In this document: positions 39,490 to 53,603 of the stretch, piece by piece
Numbering within the stretch: the stretch's first letter is position 1
How the letters are laid out: every line of letters begins with the position of its first letter
Assembly (NCBI RefSeq): GCF_006345805.1
Contig: NC_042999.1
Location: forward strand, 15,996,001-16,060,000
Length of the DNA: 64,000 bases
Direction of reading: 5' to 3'
From: Octopus sinensis
Taxonomy: Eukaryota
Notes under the pieces: generated by a model
Told to the model about the DNA's origin: nothing
What the model saw: only the letters and a program-made list of their open reading frames with translations
The model's database searches: none
Program-made: the position numbers and the translations under genes

Positions 39490-39780
39490 GGAGGCGCAAT
39501 GGCCCAGTGGTTAGGGCAGCGGACTCGTGGTCAGAGGATAGTGGTTTCGATTCCCAGACTGGGCGTTGTGTGTGTTTATTGAGCGAAAGCACATAAGCCT
39601 CCAGGTGGTGGTGACCCCTGTTGTACTCTTTCACCCCAACTTTCTCTCACTCTTTCTTCCTGTTTCTTGAGTAACACTGCAATGGACTGGCATCCTGTCC
39701 AGCTGGGGGGAACACATATGCCACAGAAACCAGGAAACCGGGCCCATGAGCCTGACAAGGCTTGAAAAGGGCACATAAAT
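39490..39780 (+). mobile_element. tRNA-derived SINE S4; second copy at 48545-48857 (-)
   Basis: A box TGGCCCAGTGG, B box GTTTCGATTCC, shared tail GAAACCAGGAAACCGG..ATGAGCC. Confidence 0.75.
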
Positions 39781-40144
39781 AAGTATATATATAACAGGTT
39801 TCTGTAGAATTTCTGCTAACCAAATTCATTAGATGACCCAAGACTATTTTAGAAGATACATGGTTCCATACAGTAGGACTGAACATGAAACCACATAGTT
39901 GGAAAGTAAGTGTCTTAACCACACAGCCATACTTCTGCCTATCGCTATAACTATACCTATAGCCATAACTGTGCCTATATAGCCATCACTATTGATCTTT
40001 TTCTTAATGATTGTGGTCACATTTTTTTCTAAGGCATACCAAATTTTCTCATAATTTTAGCAAACATTTTGTTTAGGAAATGCTGTCAAATACTTTTTGA
40101 AAGTCAATGGAAGATAAGACCATTGACAAATGCAATTCATTTGA

Positions 40145-40460
40145 TTGCTGCATAACATGTTCCAAAGTAAATATTTGGCTGTCACATCCACTACCTTTCC
40201 TGAAGCCCCAGAGATCTATTATTGTTTAAGCACAACAATTGCATCCAATAATCGTTCCCTTCATACAAAATTTCAAGAGAGCTTAAAGAATGCCACACAA
40301 ACTATGGGAATCCAGTATGGATTTCAAATAAAGAACCAGTACACACAAAAACAAAATTTCCTATTATTCTTGTACAAACGAGTTTAGCCTATGGACATTC
40401 ATCATGCTATTGCACAGTAACTACTGATGCAAAATTCCTGGCCTTTGAAAATAAAGCTTT
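40145..40460 (+). mobile_element. Possible highly decayed PLE GIY-YIG remnant
   Basis: KYLAVTST..PEIYYCLSTT..H..F..KNAT loosely follows Y.A.V....Y.GLT..H..F..NAT.L. Confidence 0.3.
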
Positions 40461-40772
40461 AAGGAGAATGCTGGTGATAGTTGGCAACAGAATATAACTA
40501 ATGCTTCCATAAGGAAAGTGGTTAGGTTAGATGATGTAAATATTTTTGTTGAATTTTCAAGATGGAAATGGATGAGCCGTGTACTTAGAAGAACGGGAAG
40601 TCTTATGAAGCAAACTATTGCTTGTAAAAAGGAGAAGACAGTAAACTAAGGAGACACAGGGGGAAGAATGATGATGAAAGATGCGGGGGGGGGGGGAATT
40701 TGTTTGACATGGAAGAAAAAGCACAAAGCAAAAATAAGTGACAAAGAGTTCAAAAGTAGCTTTCTAGGCAAC

Positions 40773-40815
<43 letters not shown>

Positions 40816-40927
40816 GGAAGAATATAATGTAATATTTATCAAATGGAAATGGTAAAGTTATCTTTTTAAAGCTGGTAAACACAGAGACACACATGTATGC
40901 ATGCACATAGTCACATATGAATACCTA

Positions 40928-40983
<56 letters not shown>

Positions 40984-41003
40984 CCTATCTATCTATCTAT
41001 CTA

Positions 41004-41069
<66 letters not shown>

Positions 41070-42448
41070 CACATATATGTATATATGTATATATATGTAT
41101 GTATATATGTATGTATATATAGATATATATATATATACATATATGGCCCACAAATATATATATATATATATGGGCCTCATAGAGACAATGACCAAGGCCT
41201 TTGGCATTATGTCGTGCTTGAGAAGAAGACCCATCAAGCCAAACAAAATCGCAGTCGTGGCAGAAATCGGTGTCATGCAAACGGCACCTGTGCCAGTGGC
41301 ACATAAAAGCACCCATCACACTCTCAGAGTGGTTCGCATTAGGAAGGGCATCCAGCCCTAGAAAACCATGCAAAATCAGACTGGAGCCTGGCGCAGCCTT
41401 CCAGCTTACCAGCCTACTCAAATCATCCAACCCATACCAGCGTGGGCAGCAGACGTTAAATGAGGATGATGATGAGGAAGATATATATTTATATATCTAT
41501 ATATCTATATATGTATAAGTATGTATGTAAGTACACAAACATACACACATACACACACATATAATATTTTATAAGCTTAAAGCTTACAAGCAATCACCGT
41601 GCATTGACTAAGGTAAATAGTCTAATAAAAGGGTATAGAAGCCCTCAACAGAAAGAAGAAGGATTGTTCATATGCATAGGACTCAAATCCAGACCTCTAT
41701 GTTTTTACAACAAATGCACTAACATTACTTAGCTTCCGTCCATCAGATTTAAAAATTATTATTTCATAGTGTTGTTTTTATAAACAAGCATACATGTGTG
41801 TTACTTGTGATTATCATTATTATTTACAGATTTGTAAAATCAACACCATTACCATAAAAATCATTGCCCCCTCACACACACATGCATTAAAAAATTTACT
41901 GTATTTTCAACCCTTTTATCTCATTTTTCCTATTTGTGTGCTTATGTGCTTTGTGTTGATAACCATCATGTATTGATTGGGAATAAGTATCACCATCATA
42001 CAAAAAATGCTGTTCATTTCCATTCTTCATGAATACACAGGGTAATATTTGCTTGCTCAGAAACAGGTAAAGGTTAGCAACAGGAAAGGCATCCAGCTAT
42101 AGAAAATCTGCCTCAACATGCAAGCATGGAAAAGTGAGCAAACGGTAATGATGGTGATGATGATGGTGGTAACCTTCTGTCACTAACTTCTTTACATCAT
42201 GAATTGGATCCAGTGGACTTTTATTTAATTTCTGTCACCAAAACTTTCTTTACAGTCTGACGTTCATCTCAGAGCTATCGTTGAAGACACTTGCACATCA
42301 GTATTGAAACTGGGACCATGTGATTGCAAAGCAAACGTGTTAACCAAACAACTATTCCTGCAACATAGTTTATTACTGAGTCTAACAATTTAGCATTCAA
42401 ATTACTCTTTCAAATGTAATCATTATTTATTCACATTGTTTTAAGTTA

Positions 42449-42639
42449 GAGTGGGTGTGTGGTAAGAAGCTTGCTTACCAACCACATGGTTCCAGGTTCA
42501 GTCCCACTGCGTGGCACCTTTGTCAAGTGTCTTCTACTGTAGCCTCGGGCTGACCAAAGCCTTGTGAGTGGATTTGGTAGACGGAAACTGAAAGAAGCCC
42601 AATGTATATATATGTGTTGTGTGTGTGTGTGTGTGTGTA

Positions 42640-42680
<41 letters not shown>

Positions 42681-42893
42681 ATATGTTTGTGTGTCTGTGT
42701 TTGTCCTCCCAACATCGCTTGACAACCGATAGGCTGGTATGTTTATGTCCTCGTCACTTAGCGGTTCAGCAAGAGAGACCAATAGAATAAGTACTAGGCT
42801 TACAAAGAATAAGTCCTGGGTTCGATTTGCTCGACTATAGGCGGTGCTCCAGCATGGCCACAGTCAAATGACTGAAACAAATAAAAGAATAAA
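42449..42893 (+). mobile_element. SINE S1 inserted in a piggyBac-like MITE (42385-43058)
   Basis: Full SINE; flanks match the 49777 MITE family. Confidence 0.82.
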
Positions 42894-43323
42894 TGAATAA
42901 CAGAATATCTTGTAGTTTTGAGATTTCAATAATGTGATTATTTATTTTAAGAACAACATTGCAGTGTAGGTGTGATGAGCCAGATCCGGCCAGTTTGAAC
43001 AAGAAACAGGTTAAATATTTGGGCCAGATATGACTGGTTTAAGTGGTAAATGATTAAGGAATGTTAGACACAATAAAGATGGCTGGCAGTGGAGGAGAGG
43101 ATAGTCATTTGTTGTATTGTGTTGAGTGAAGGCTTATCTAGCAGACAAATTACACTCTTGTTAGATAAGATACAAAATACTTGTGTGCATGTGAGAGTTA
43201 TGTTATCTCAAATATGTGAGAATATTTATATTATAAAGTGCAGGTGTAGCTGTGTGGTTAAGAAAATTGCTTCCCAGTGACATGGTTTCAAGTTCAGTTT
43301 CTGTGTGTGGAACCATGGGCAAG

Positions 43324-43358
<35 letters not shown>

Positions 43359-43739
43359 GTTTAACGTCCGCTTTCCATACTAGCACGGGTTGGACGGTTC
43401 AACTGGGGTCTGGGAAGCCCGAAGGCTGCACCAGGCCAGTCAGATCTAGCAGAGTTTCTACAGCTGGATGCCCTTCCTAATGCCAATCACTCTGTGAGTG
43501 TAGTGGGTGCTTTTTATGTGCCACCGACAATCGGATGGTGTTTGTTACGTGCCACCAGCACGGAGGCCAGTCGATGTGGTGCTGTCTTTTAATATTGCCC
43601 TATGCCAAGCAGAGCTTTCTGAGTGGATTTGGTACATGGAAACTAAAAGAAGCCTGTTGTACACATAGATACATACATACATATATATAAATATCTAATT
43701 GGAAATGAATGTCATTCATTTCCAATATTCTGCAAGAAC

Positions 43740-44076
43740 GTGTCTGGCCATGGGGAAATATTACCTTGCTTGGGAAGAGATAAGGGTTACCGACAGGAAA
43801 GGCATCCAGCTGTAGAAAAATCTGCCTCAATAAACGCCATCCACTTCATGCAAACATTGGCAAAGTTAAATGATGATGATGATAATAATAATGATGATGA
43901 TGATGACAACAACGATGACAACGACAATGACGATGATGATGATTCATGTCTGGCCATGGGAAAATATTACCTTGCTTGGGAAGAGATAAGGGTTACCAAC
44001 AGGAAAGGCATCCAGCTGTAGAAAAATCTGTCTCAATAAACGCCATCCATTTCATGCAAACATTGGCAAAGTTAAA

Positions 44077-44107
<31 letters not shown>

Positions 44108-44190
44108 GGATGATGATGATGATGACAACAACGATGACAACAACAACGACGATGATGATGATGATGACAATTATGATGACGATGATGACG
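43740..44190 (+). repeat. Tandem duplication of a ~200 bp RTE-like tail with (GAT)n
   Basis: TGTCTGGCCATGGG..AAAGTTAAA unit at 43741 and 43947. Confidence 0.85.
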
Positions 44191-44499
44191 ATTCTCAAAG
44201 TGTAAAAACAATATCTATTGGAAATATTACTTGAATCCCTCCAGCTTCAGACTACCATGTTTGTCAATATTGCACTGATTTACACTTAACTTACTAAAAT
44301 AAGTCGGAATTTTGCTGGGAGTATTTTAACCTCCTCCATTATCTTTACTTTGCTGAAAAGAGCATTAAAAAATGTCATCATACATTTTAATGTCATTTTA
44401 CTATAGTACATATTAAGAACATATGTGTGGATATGTATATATATCTAGTTAACTATCTATCCATTTTATCCTTCTGTTTATCTATTGTATTTATCCATC

Positions 44500-45420
<921 letters not shown>

Positions 45421-45442
45421 GTATGTATGTATGTGCATACGT

Positions 45443-45684
45443 ATTCTTTTAGTCTTTTACTTGTTTCAGTTGTTTGACTGTGGCCATGCTGGAATACTGC
45501 CTTTAGTCGAGTAAATTGATCCCAGGACTTATTTTTTATACACCTAGTACTTATTCTATCGGTCTCTTTTGCCGAACCTCTAAGTTATAGGGATATAAAT
45601 GCACCAGCATCAGTTTTCAAGCAATGTTAGGTGGACACACACACACAAACATATACACACATACATATACATATATATATATAT

Positions 45685-45715
<31 letters not shown>

Positions 45716-45878
45716 CATGATAGGCTTCTTTCAGTTTCTGTCTACCAAATCCACTCACAAAGCTTTGGTCAGCCCAAGGTTATAGTAGAAGACACTTGCC
45801 CTAGGTGCCACACAGTGGGACTGAACCCAGGACCAAGTGGTTAGTAAGCAAAATACTTACCACACAGCTACTCCTGCG

Positions 45879-45880
<2 letters not shown>
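45443..45880 (-). mobile_element. SINE S1, full length
   Basis: Family match. Confidence 0.85.
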
Positions 45881-45911
<31 letters not shown>

Positions 45912-45959
45912 TCATCATCATCATCACCATCATTTAATGTCTGCCTTCCATGCTACCAT

Positions 45960-46003
<44 letters not shown>

Positions 46004-46566
46004 CACAAGAGGTGTGAATTGACTGTATTAAATGTTTCATTGTGTTTGATTTGAACTCTCTGCATCTTGAATATAAATTCCACCATAGCCAGTTGCATCT
46101 TTTGTCATTCTAGGATCAATAAAGGATGTTTCTATAATACACTGGTTAAGGATTCATTAAGTATGTGTCAGTTTCGGAAATAAGCCATACAGTTATTCAA
46201 AAGAAATCAGCATTTATATAACCATGTAACAATAATCTCTTATTTGATATGTATAATACAACTGTGCAAGTTTTGTCACTATATTACACAAACAGCAAAA
46301 GGTCTGAAGGGAAAAGTTATTCTCTGAAGGCAAAATACAACAGCGATTATCATATTTGTATTCAAATCTGCTGGAAGGTGTTAAGAATGAATATACTTAT
46401 TGTCATTTTGGTTTTTAGTGTTTTACATGGTCGTGGTAATTTGTTACCAGCTTGGCAGGCATCAGCACTCATCAGCAAATGATTTGTTTGCTCAATTCTA
46501 TAAAAAAGAATTACCATTGTTGTTTAGATTCAGTGATCTGGTGTAGCTTTCACTGAAGAGGCACAA

Positions 46567-47150
46567 TCAGGTCAAAACATTAGTATCTTAATAAGGAGAG
46601 TACAGGAGGCGGTCAAAAAAGACAGCTTCTATATATGGCTGAAGCGGGAAGACCAAAAATGGCTTGAAAGTCATTACATGCCGACGAAAAATAACATTAC
46701 TAGTTGAGACAAGCTGACACTGAATCAGCTTTGCTGACTGACAGGTGACGATCGTTTGGAGAATGCGTGGGCTAAGACTATGTGCCTTCACTGGTCATTT
46801 AAGGTGAGACAGTGTAATGTGACAACTTGCTGGGGCTGCCTGCTGGAGCCTAGTGGCAGGTATTTAAAGGGAAAAATTTGACAAGTCAGTCACTCGCCCA
46901 CTGACACTCACTGACGATACATCGAAGAGACCAGGGAACAGAAGAAAGAAGAAGAAAGAAGACATGCACCCAACACCAGAGCTGAAGACACTTCCGAAAG
47001 GGGGGGCCCCGCCACGTCAAAACAGTAGAGAAGTAGGGGCCGAAACTAGATGTGGTTCCTCCTGATGATGTCTTGAGCTAACTGGATCCTATAAAGGAGC
47101 TGTTGTGGTAGCGGACCACGAAACACGGTTGTAATTCCTCCAACATCATG
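46567..47150 (+). mobile_element. 5'-truncated RLE-type non-LTR retrotransposon (Hero-like) C-terminus and 3' UTR
   Basis: SGQNISILIRRVQEAVKKDSFYIWLKREDQKW..* (stop at 46707) resembles the ..AEKxSFWLWLKR..W end of Hero-clade ORFs. Confidence 0.55.
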
Positions 47151-47517
47151 TGTGTTCTTGATACACATCATTTGAAGAGAAGTTTGCTGAAAATGAAATA
47201 CAACAGTGATTAGCTTACTTGCATTCAAATCTGCAGTAATTTAGAAAATTTATTACAAATATACTCATCGTTATTACTAAACTTTAACATAAGTTATTTC
47301 AGGATAATGTTTAATTACCATATTGAATAAGTTTGGGTGAGAGATTGGCAGTATTATTTGTACAGTGGATAAAATGTCTAGCAGTATTTGGCTTAAAACT
47401 TTCATGCTCTGAATTCGAATCCTACCAATGTTGACCTTGTATTTTAACATCCTGGGCCTTAAGTCATTGGCTGTTGTTGTGGTAATTTAAACAGTATTAT
47501 GTTTTTTGATCATTCTT

Positions 47518-47920
47518 ATTTCTTTATTGCCCACAAGGGGCTAAACATAGAGGAGATAAACAAGGACAGACAAAGGGATTAAGTTGATTACATCGACTCC
47601 AGTGTGTAACTGCTACTTAATTTATTGACCCTGAAAGGATTAAAGGCAAAGTTGACCTCGGCGAAATTTGAACTCAGAACATAATGACAGATGAAATACC
47701 TATTTCTTTACTACCCACAAAAGGCTAAACATAGAGAGGACAAACAAAGACAGACAAACGGATTAAGTCGATTACATCGACCCCAGTGAGTAACTGGTAC
47801 TTAGTTAATCGACCCCGAAAGAATGAAAGGCAAAGTTGACCTTGGTGGAATTTGAACTCAGAGCATAAAGACTGCAAAGCATTTCGCCTGGCTTGCAAAC
47901 ATTTCTGCCAGCTTGCTGCC
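47518..47920 (-). mobile_element. SINE S2 tandem dimer; similar dimer at 38015-38412
   Basis: Two successive core-plus-tail units sharing one tRNA head. Confidence 0.8.
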
Positions 47921-49776
47921 CTTATTACACAACAAGCAGTAATAATCCTTTCTATTGTAGATTTAAGGCCTGAAATTTTGAGGGAGCAGGGAGCTAGTCA
48001 ATTACATTGACTCCAGGGCTCCATTGGTATATAATCTTATCGACCTTGAAACGATGAAAAGCAAAGTCAATATCAGCAGAATTTGAACTCAGAATGCAAA
48101 TTTGCACAAACAACAAGTTATAATAATGATTTCTAACATAGGCACAAAACTACAAAATGGTCAGTGAGACGTAATCATGTTATCTATCTTTGAATATTCC
48201 CAATGTTATTATGATTAATTTTAGCTGATATTATTGATTGTCTATTCTACTCATGAAAATCAATAAGGTCTATCACTAACTGATGAATATTTTTGATCAT
48301 CAAAATGTAAAGCGTTTGAGTCTATTTATCCACAGGATTGAATGGGTTAAATAGTAAAACATTCATTTCAAATATAGGCACAAGGCCAGGGGTCACCAAT
48401 TGTAACAGGATGAGAAGTCCCTGCACTGGATGGGTGCAGCTCGCATCCTTTACATTAAATATTAATCGAAGGAAAGAGTCAAGACCTCCAATTAACTTCA
48501 ACATTATAAATATTTATTTCTTGATTCGCAAAACATAAATTCCTCTTTTGTTTGTTTGTTCCTTCTCAAGCCATGTCTGGCTCATAAGGGCCGGTTTCCT
48601 GGTTTCTTTTGCGTATAGGTTCCCCACCTGGACGGGACACTGGTCCATCGCTGGTGAGCTACAAGATGCAGGAGGAAAGAGTGAGAGAAAATTGTGGCGA
48701 AAGAGTCAGCAGAAGTTTGCCATTACCTTCTGCCAGAGCCACGTGGAGCTCAGGTGTTTCGCTCATAGACATACACACATCGCCCGCTCTGAGATTCGAA
48801 CCCGCGATCCCATGACCGCAAATCCGCTGCTCTAACCACTAGGCCATGTGCCTCCACATTCTGCTTTCCGGGTGAATCGGCAGCCTAGGAGCTTATCGCA
48901 GTAGTCAAGTGGAGTGAGCTAAATCCTGTTCGTTCAAGCATAGCATAGATATGCCATGAGGTAGCAGCTTGAGAGAGCTGATAAAACATGACTGTCCCAT
49001 TCAGATGCCAGCGTTTGAGAAAACGATACGAGGAAATTTTGCTGCTGTTAGTTTTCTGTGCATGCGCATGCGGGAACTTCCAGCAGGCCTCCCAGAAGAA
49101 TCCAACTCTGCGTATGCGTGCTAGAGGTTTCCAAGATGGCATCACTACATTGATTACATCTATCTCAATGAAATCAGTACCAGTATTCAACAGGTACTTA
49201 TTCCATTGACCCCAAAAGGATGAAAGGCAAAGTTAACCTTGGCAGGAATTGAACTCAAAATGTGAAGAGCTGGAAGAAATGTTATACGTTTTGTCTAACA
49301 CTAAGCATTCTCCCTGAAATACTAATAATGATAGTACAGGCATATCCAAAGTAAAGTACGAAAGGTTTACCTTGTTTGTTACCATATTTATGCTGAAATA
49401 TGCTGTCTTGAAAATAATGAAAAGTTTTGCTAAAATAACTTTGTGATTATTCTGTTGTGTCTGGGGAGAGTCATTTTCTTTTTGTGCCTTATAATGTAAC
49501 ACACTCACCGGTAAAATTTTCACCTATTTCTTGTTTTTATTTTCTAAAATTTTTGTAGCGTCTTGCAACCTTTTGAGTAGTCTTGACTCTAGTGATTATT
49601 AATCTAGTATTTGGAACATAAATTAACAAGAAATTTTGAGATTTTTTTAAAACAGCAAGTTTGTATTATAAAAACAGAGACAGTTTCATATGGAGGTGTT
49701 CACTCATTAATAGATGCTTCTAATCACTTATAAGTCAAGTGATAGAATCTATTCTTCCTTACTAATATGTAGTTAA

Positions 49777-50711
49777 CCCTTCAGCATTTGGATTATTCTT
49801 TCAAATGTAATGCCTTTTTATTCACATTGTTTTTTAATTAACCCTGCATTATCTCATAGCTTCAGGATTTCAGTAATGTGATTCTTTATTTTTAGTACAA
49901 CATTGTAAAGTAGGGGTGAAAGGCTGAATCTGGCCAGTTGGAATATAAAACAGGCATAATATTTAAGCAATAGATATAGCCAGTTCAGATATAAAACTGC
50001 TAAAATGATTGGGCCAGATAAAAGAGGTCAAATATGGTCAGTTTGAATATAAAAGAGGTAGGACATTTGGGCCAAATATGGTGAGTTTGATTATAAAAGA
50101 GGTAAGACACCTGAGCCAAATATGGTCAGTTGGAATTTAGAGCAGGTAGAATATTTGGGCCAAATATAGTCAGTTTCAATATAAAAGAGGTAGGGCATTT
50201 GGGCCAAATATGGTCAGTTTGAATATAAAAGCAGTAAGACATTTGGGCTAAACATGGTCAGTTTGAATATAAATCAGGTCGGACCAATATATGGTCAGAT
50301 TGAATATAAAAGAGGTAGGACATTTGGACCAAATATGGTCAGTTTGAATTTAAAAGCAGTAGGACATTTGGGCCAAATAAGGTCAGTTGGAATGTAAAGA
50401 AGGTAGAATATTTGGGCCAAATATGGTCAGCTGGAATGTAAAGCAGGTAGAATATTTGGGCTGAATATGGTCAGTTTGAATATAAATCAGGTAGGACATT
50501 TGGACCAATATATGGTCAGATTGAATATAAAAGAGGTAGGACATTTGGACCAAATATGGTCAGTTTGAATATAAAAGAGGTAGGACATTTGGGCCAAATA
50601 TGGTCAGTTGGAATGTAAAGAAGGTAGAATATTTGGGCCAAGTATGGTCAGTTGGAATGTAAAGCAGATAGAACATTTGGGCCAAATATGGTCAGTTGGA
50701 TTGCTTAAGGT
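49777..50711. mobile_element. piggyBac-like (TTAA) MITE with internal 44 bp minisatellite
   Basis: TTAA-CCCTTCAGCA ... TGCTTAAGGT-TTAA; about 17 copies of AAATATGGTCAGTTTGAATATAAAAGAGGTAGGACATTTGGGCC at 49925-50700. Confidence 0.7.
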
Positions 50712-51109
50712 TTAAATAAATAGTAATAGAATTTGCATATGATTATCGTTTTTTGTTTTTTAAATGTAATCAATAGCAAAACCTCTCATCAACAAATTAT
50801 TTTCTTAGATTGTATAAAGACTCATTATGAATTTACTGTGATATAATGATTTTATTAATCTAAGTATTTACTATAAGTGAATATTCATTTTTTTATTAAT
50901 TAATATTTTAATCTTTTTTTTTATAATGTGTTATGATTTAATGACTGTAAAAAGTAGATGACACAGAATTATAAAAAATTTTAAAAAAAGAAGTAAATAA
51001 AAAAAATTTTAAAAAGATACTTATACACGTCAATAAAAATAAGCTAAGCAGATTTTGATGGAATCTATTAAAGAACTTTTTAGAATATTTTGAGTTAAAA
51101 TTAATCACA

Positions 51110-51775
51110 GACAGAGGGGAGAGGAGGGACAGGGAGAGAAGGGATATGGAAAGGGAGACAGGAAGGAAGATGATGAGGAGGTAGAGAGAAAGGGGTAGAA
51201 AGAGAGGAAAAGGAGAGGTAAGGAAAGAGAGAGGAAGGAGATGAAAGAAAGGACAGAGAGAGAGGGGAAGATACAGGAACAAGGGAAGGTGGGGAGAGAG
51301 AGAGAGAGAGAGAGAGAGAGACGGCAGAGAGGAGAGAGAGGGGGCAGAGAGAGAAAGACAGTGAGAGGGAGAGAAGAAGGAGAAGGAGAGATGGAGGGCA
51401 GGAGGGAGAGAAAGTGACAGGAAGAGAGAGAGAAGAGAACAGGAGGGTGAATGAGAAGGAGAGAGAGAGAGGAAGAGGAGATAGAAAGGGAGATGGGAGT
51501 GGGGAGAGAGGGGATAATGGGGCGGTAGAGAGAGGGAAGAGGAAGAGGAACCACAGAGAGAGAGAAGTGAGACAGAGAAACAGAAATGGAAGAAGAGAGA
51601 GAGAGGCGAGGTGAAAGGAAGAAAGGAGGAAGGACAGAGGGGGAAAGAGATAGGAAAAGGAGAGAGAAGCAGGGAGGATAGAGGAAGAAAGGGAAAGTGA
51701 GTAGAGAGAGGGAAACAGGGAGATTGGAAGAAAGGAAGAGAAAGAGAGAGAGGGAGAGAGAGAGAGAAGGGAGAT
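51110..51775. repeat. Polypurine (GA-rich) low-complexity tract
   Basis: Almost entirely G/A over ~660 bp. Confidence 0.95.
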
Positions 51776-51905
51776 ATTTATTGTCTTTTAAATTCAGTAT
51801 ATTTTAATTTCCTTAAATAATTTTTCATGGCTTTCTCTATATTTTTTTACATTTTTCCCTCTCATTTTTTTGTTATATCATCCACCTGGTCATTAATTTG
51901 AAATA

Positions 51906-53311
51906 TCTATATATATAAAACTCTAGTTGTGTGAGTGTCTGTCCCCTTCGATTTAGATTCCTAACTCCTCCCACATTTTGCGGTGCAGTTTAACCAAATT
52001 CGGGTATCTTATAGTCGTGATTCATATCGAGCCCGTCTGGCTATTAGCGCGCATCAACGATGAGTCTACGATTTAAAAAATAATTTAACATCATTTTTTA
52101 TTCCATTTTAATGCATAAAATGCATCGTATGTCGATGGCGGCGGAGTTGGCGTCCACGCTCACAGCTGCACCTGTTTGCTTCTCCCCCTTCCCTCCCTCG
52201 TGAAGCTGTGGGGAAGGGAGTGTAAAGAAATCAACGTCGTAATGCGTTATAAAGGAAACCAGCGTTCTTTTAGAACAACGACTTCATGGCTTGAAGACAC
52301 CAAAATAAAAATGGCTAAGAAAGCCCGAATTTATAAGGGAAGTAACTCTCTAAAAATGCTTATATAGTTATTTCCCTTACAAACCCGAGCAACGCCGGGC
52401 GATACTGCTAGTATATATATAAAACTGTAGTTGTGTGAGTGTCTGTCCCCTTCGATTTAGATTCCTAACTACTCCCACATTTTGTGGTGCAGTTTAACCA
52501 AATTAGGATATCTTATAGTCGTGATTCATATCGAGCCCGTCTGGGTATTAGCGTGCGTCTACGATGAGTCTACGATTTTAAATATAATTTAACATCATTT
52601 TTTATTCCATTTTAATGCATAATTTTTCGTGTGTCGATGGCGGCGGAGTTGGCGTCCATGGTCACACCTGCACCTGTTTGCTTCTCCCCCTTCTTCCCTC
52701 CCTCGTGAAGCTGTGGGGACGGGAGTGTAAGGGAATCAACGTCGTAAAGCGTTTTCAAGGAGACCAGCGTTCTTTTAGAACAACGACTTCATGGCTTGAA
52801 GACACCAAAACAGAAATGGCTAAGAAAGCCCGAATTGGCATCTATAAGGGAAGTAACTCTCTAAAAATGCTTATATAGTTATTTCCCTTACAAACCCGAG
52901 CAACGCCGGGCGATACTGCTAGTTATATATAAAACTGTAGTTGTGTGAGTGTCTGTCCCCTTCGATTTAGATTCCTAACTACTCCCACATTTTGCGGTGC
53001 AGTTTAACCAAAACCGGGTATCTTATAGTCGTGATTCATATCGAGCCCTTCTGGGTATTAGCGCTTGTCTACTATGAGTCTACGATTTTAAAAATAATTT
53101 ACCATCATTTTTTCCATTTTAATGCATATTTTTTTAAACGGAAGTAACTCTCTAAAAATGTCTACGATGAGTCAACGATTTAAAAAAAATTTACCATCAT
53201 TTTTTTTCCATTTTTAATGCATTTTTTTGCTATTTTTTGGCTATAACTCTCTAAAAATGCTGTATAGTTATTTCCCTTACAAACCCGAGCAACGCCGGGC
53301 GATACTGCTAG
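51906..53311 (+). mobile_element. Head-to-tail trimer of a non-autonomous Helitron (H2): 51906-52411, 52412-52922, 52923-53311
   Basis: Each unit ends ACCCGAGCAACGCCGGGCGATACTGCTAG; first unit starts with TC. Confidence 0.9.
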
Positions 53312-53561
53312 TCAAAAACTTAGTCAAACGAATATATCCATGTTGATAGTAAACCAGAAACAACAACAGCATTACTGTTATGTTACAGAATTATAATTTT
53401 GCTGTTGCCGTTTGATTCACACCACTTCATCCCCAGATCAGCTGAGATTGAGCTGGACAGGGGCAGATTGAGCTGTCGGTCAATTGGGCACTGGTCAAGG
53501 GCCTGGAACTATGAGTGGATTTGGTAAGTGGAAACTGTGTGGAAGCTCTGGGTTCAGCTAC

Positions 53562-53603
53562 TCTACATTGATAAGGGCAAATACTCTGAAACTTGTCTGT
53601 AGA
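53562..53603 (+). ncRNA. Minimal hammerhead-like motif with U3-A8 core
   Basis: TCTACA-TTGATAA-GGG caaata CTCT-GAAA-CttG-TC-TGTAGA; perfect 6 bp stem I, weak stem II. Confidence 0.5.

Noticed and set aside
49925-50700. CRISPR-like periodicity
   Set aside because: Contiguous tandem units with no unique spacers, eukaryotic context, no cas genes
52176-52878. Two similar short ORFs (LVKLWGRECK...)
   Set aside because: Internal to non-autonomous Helitron copies; no Rep or helicase motifs
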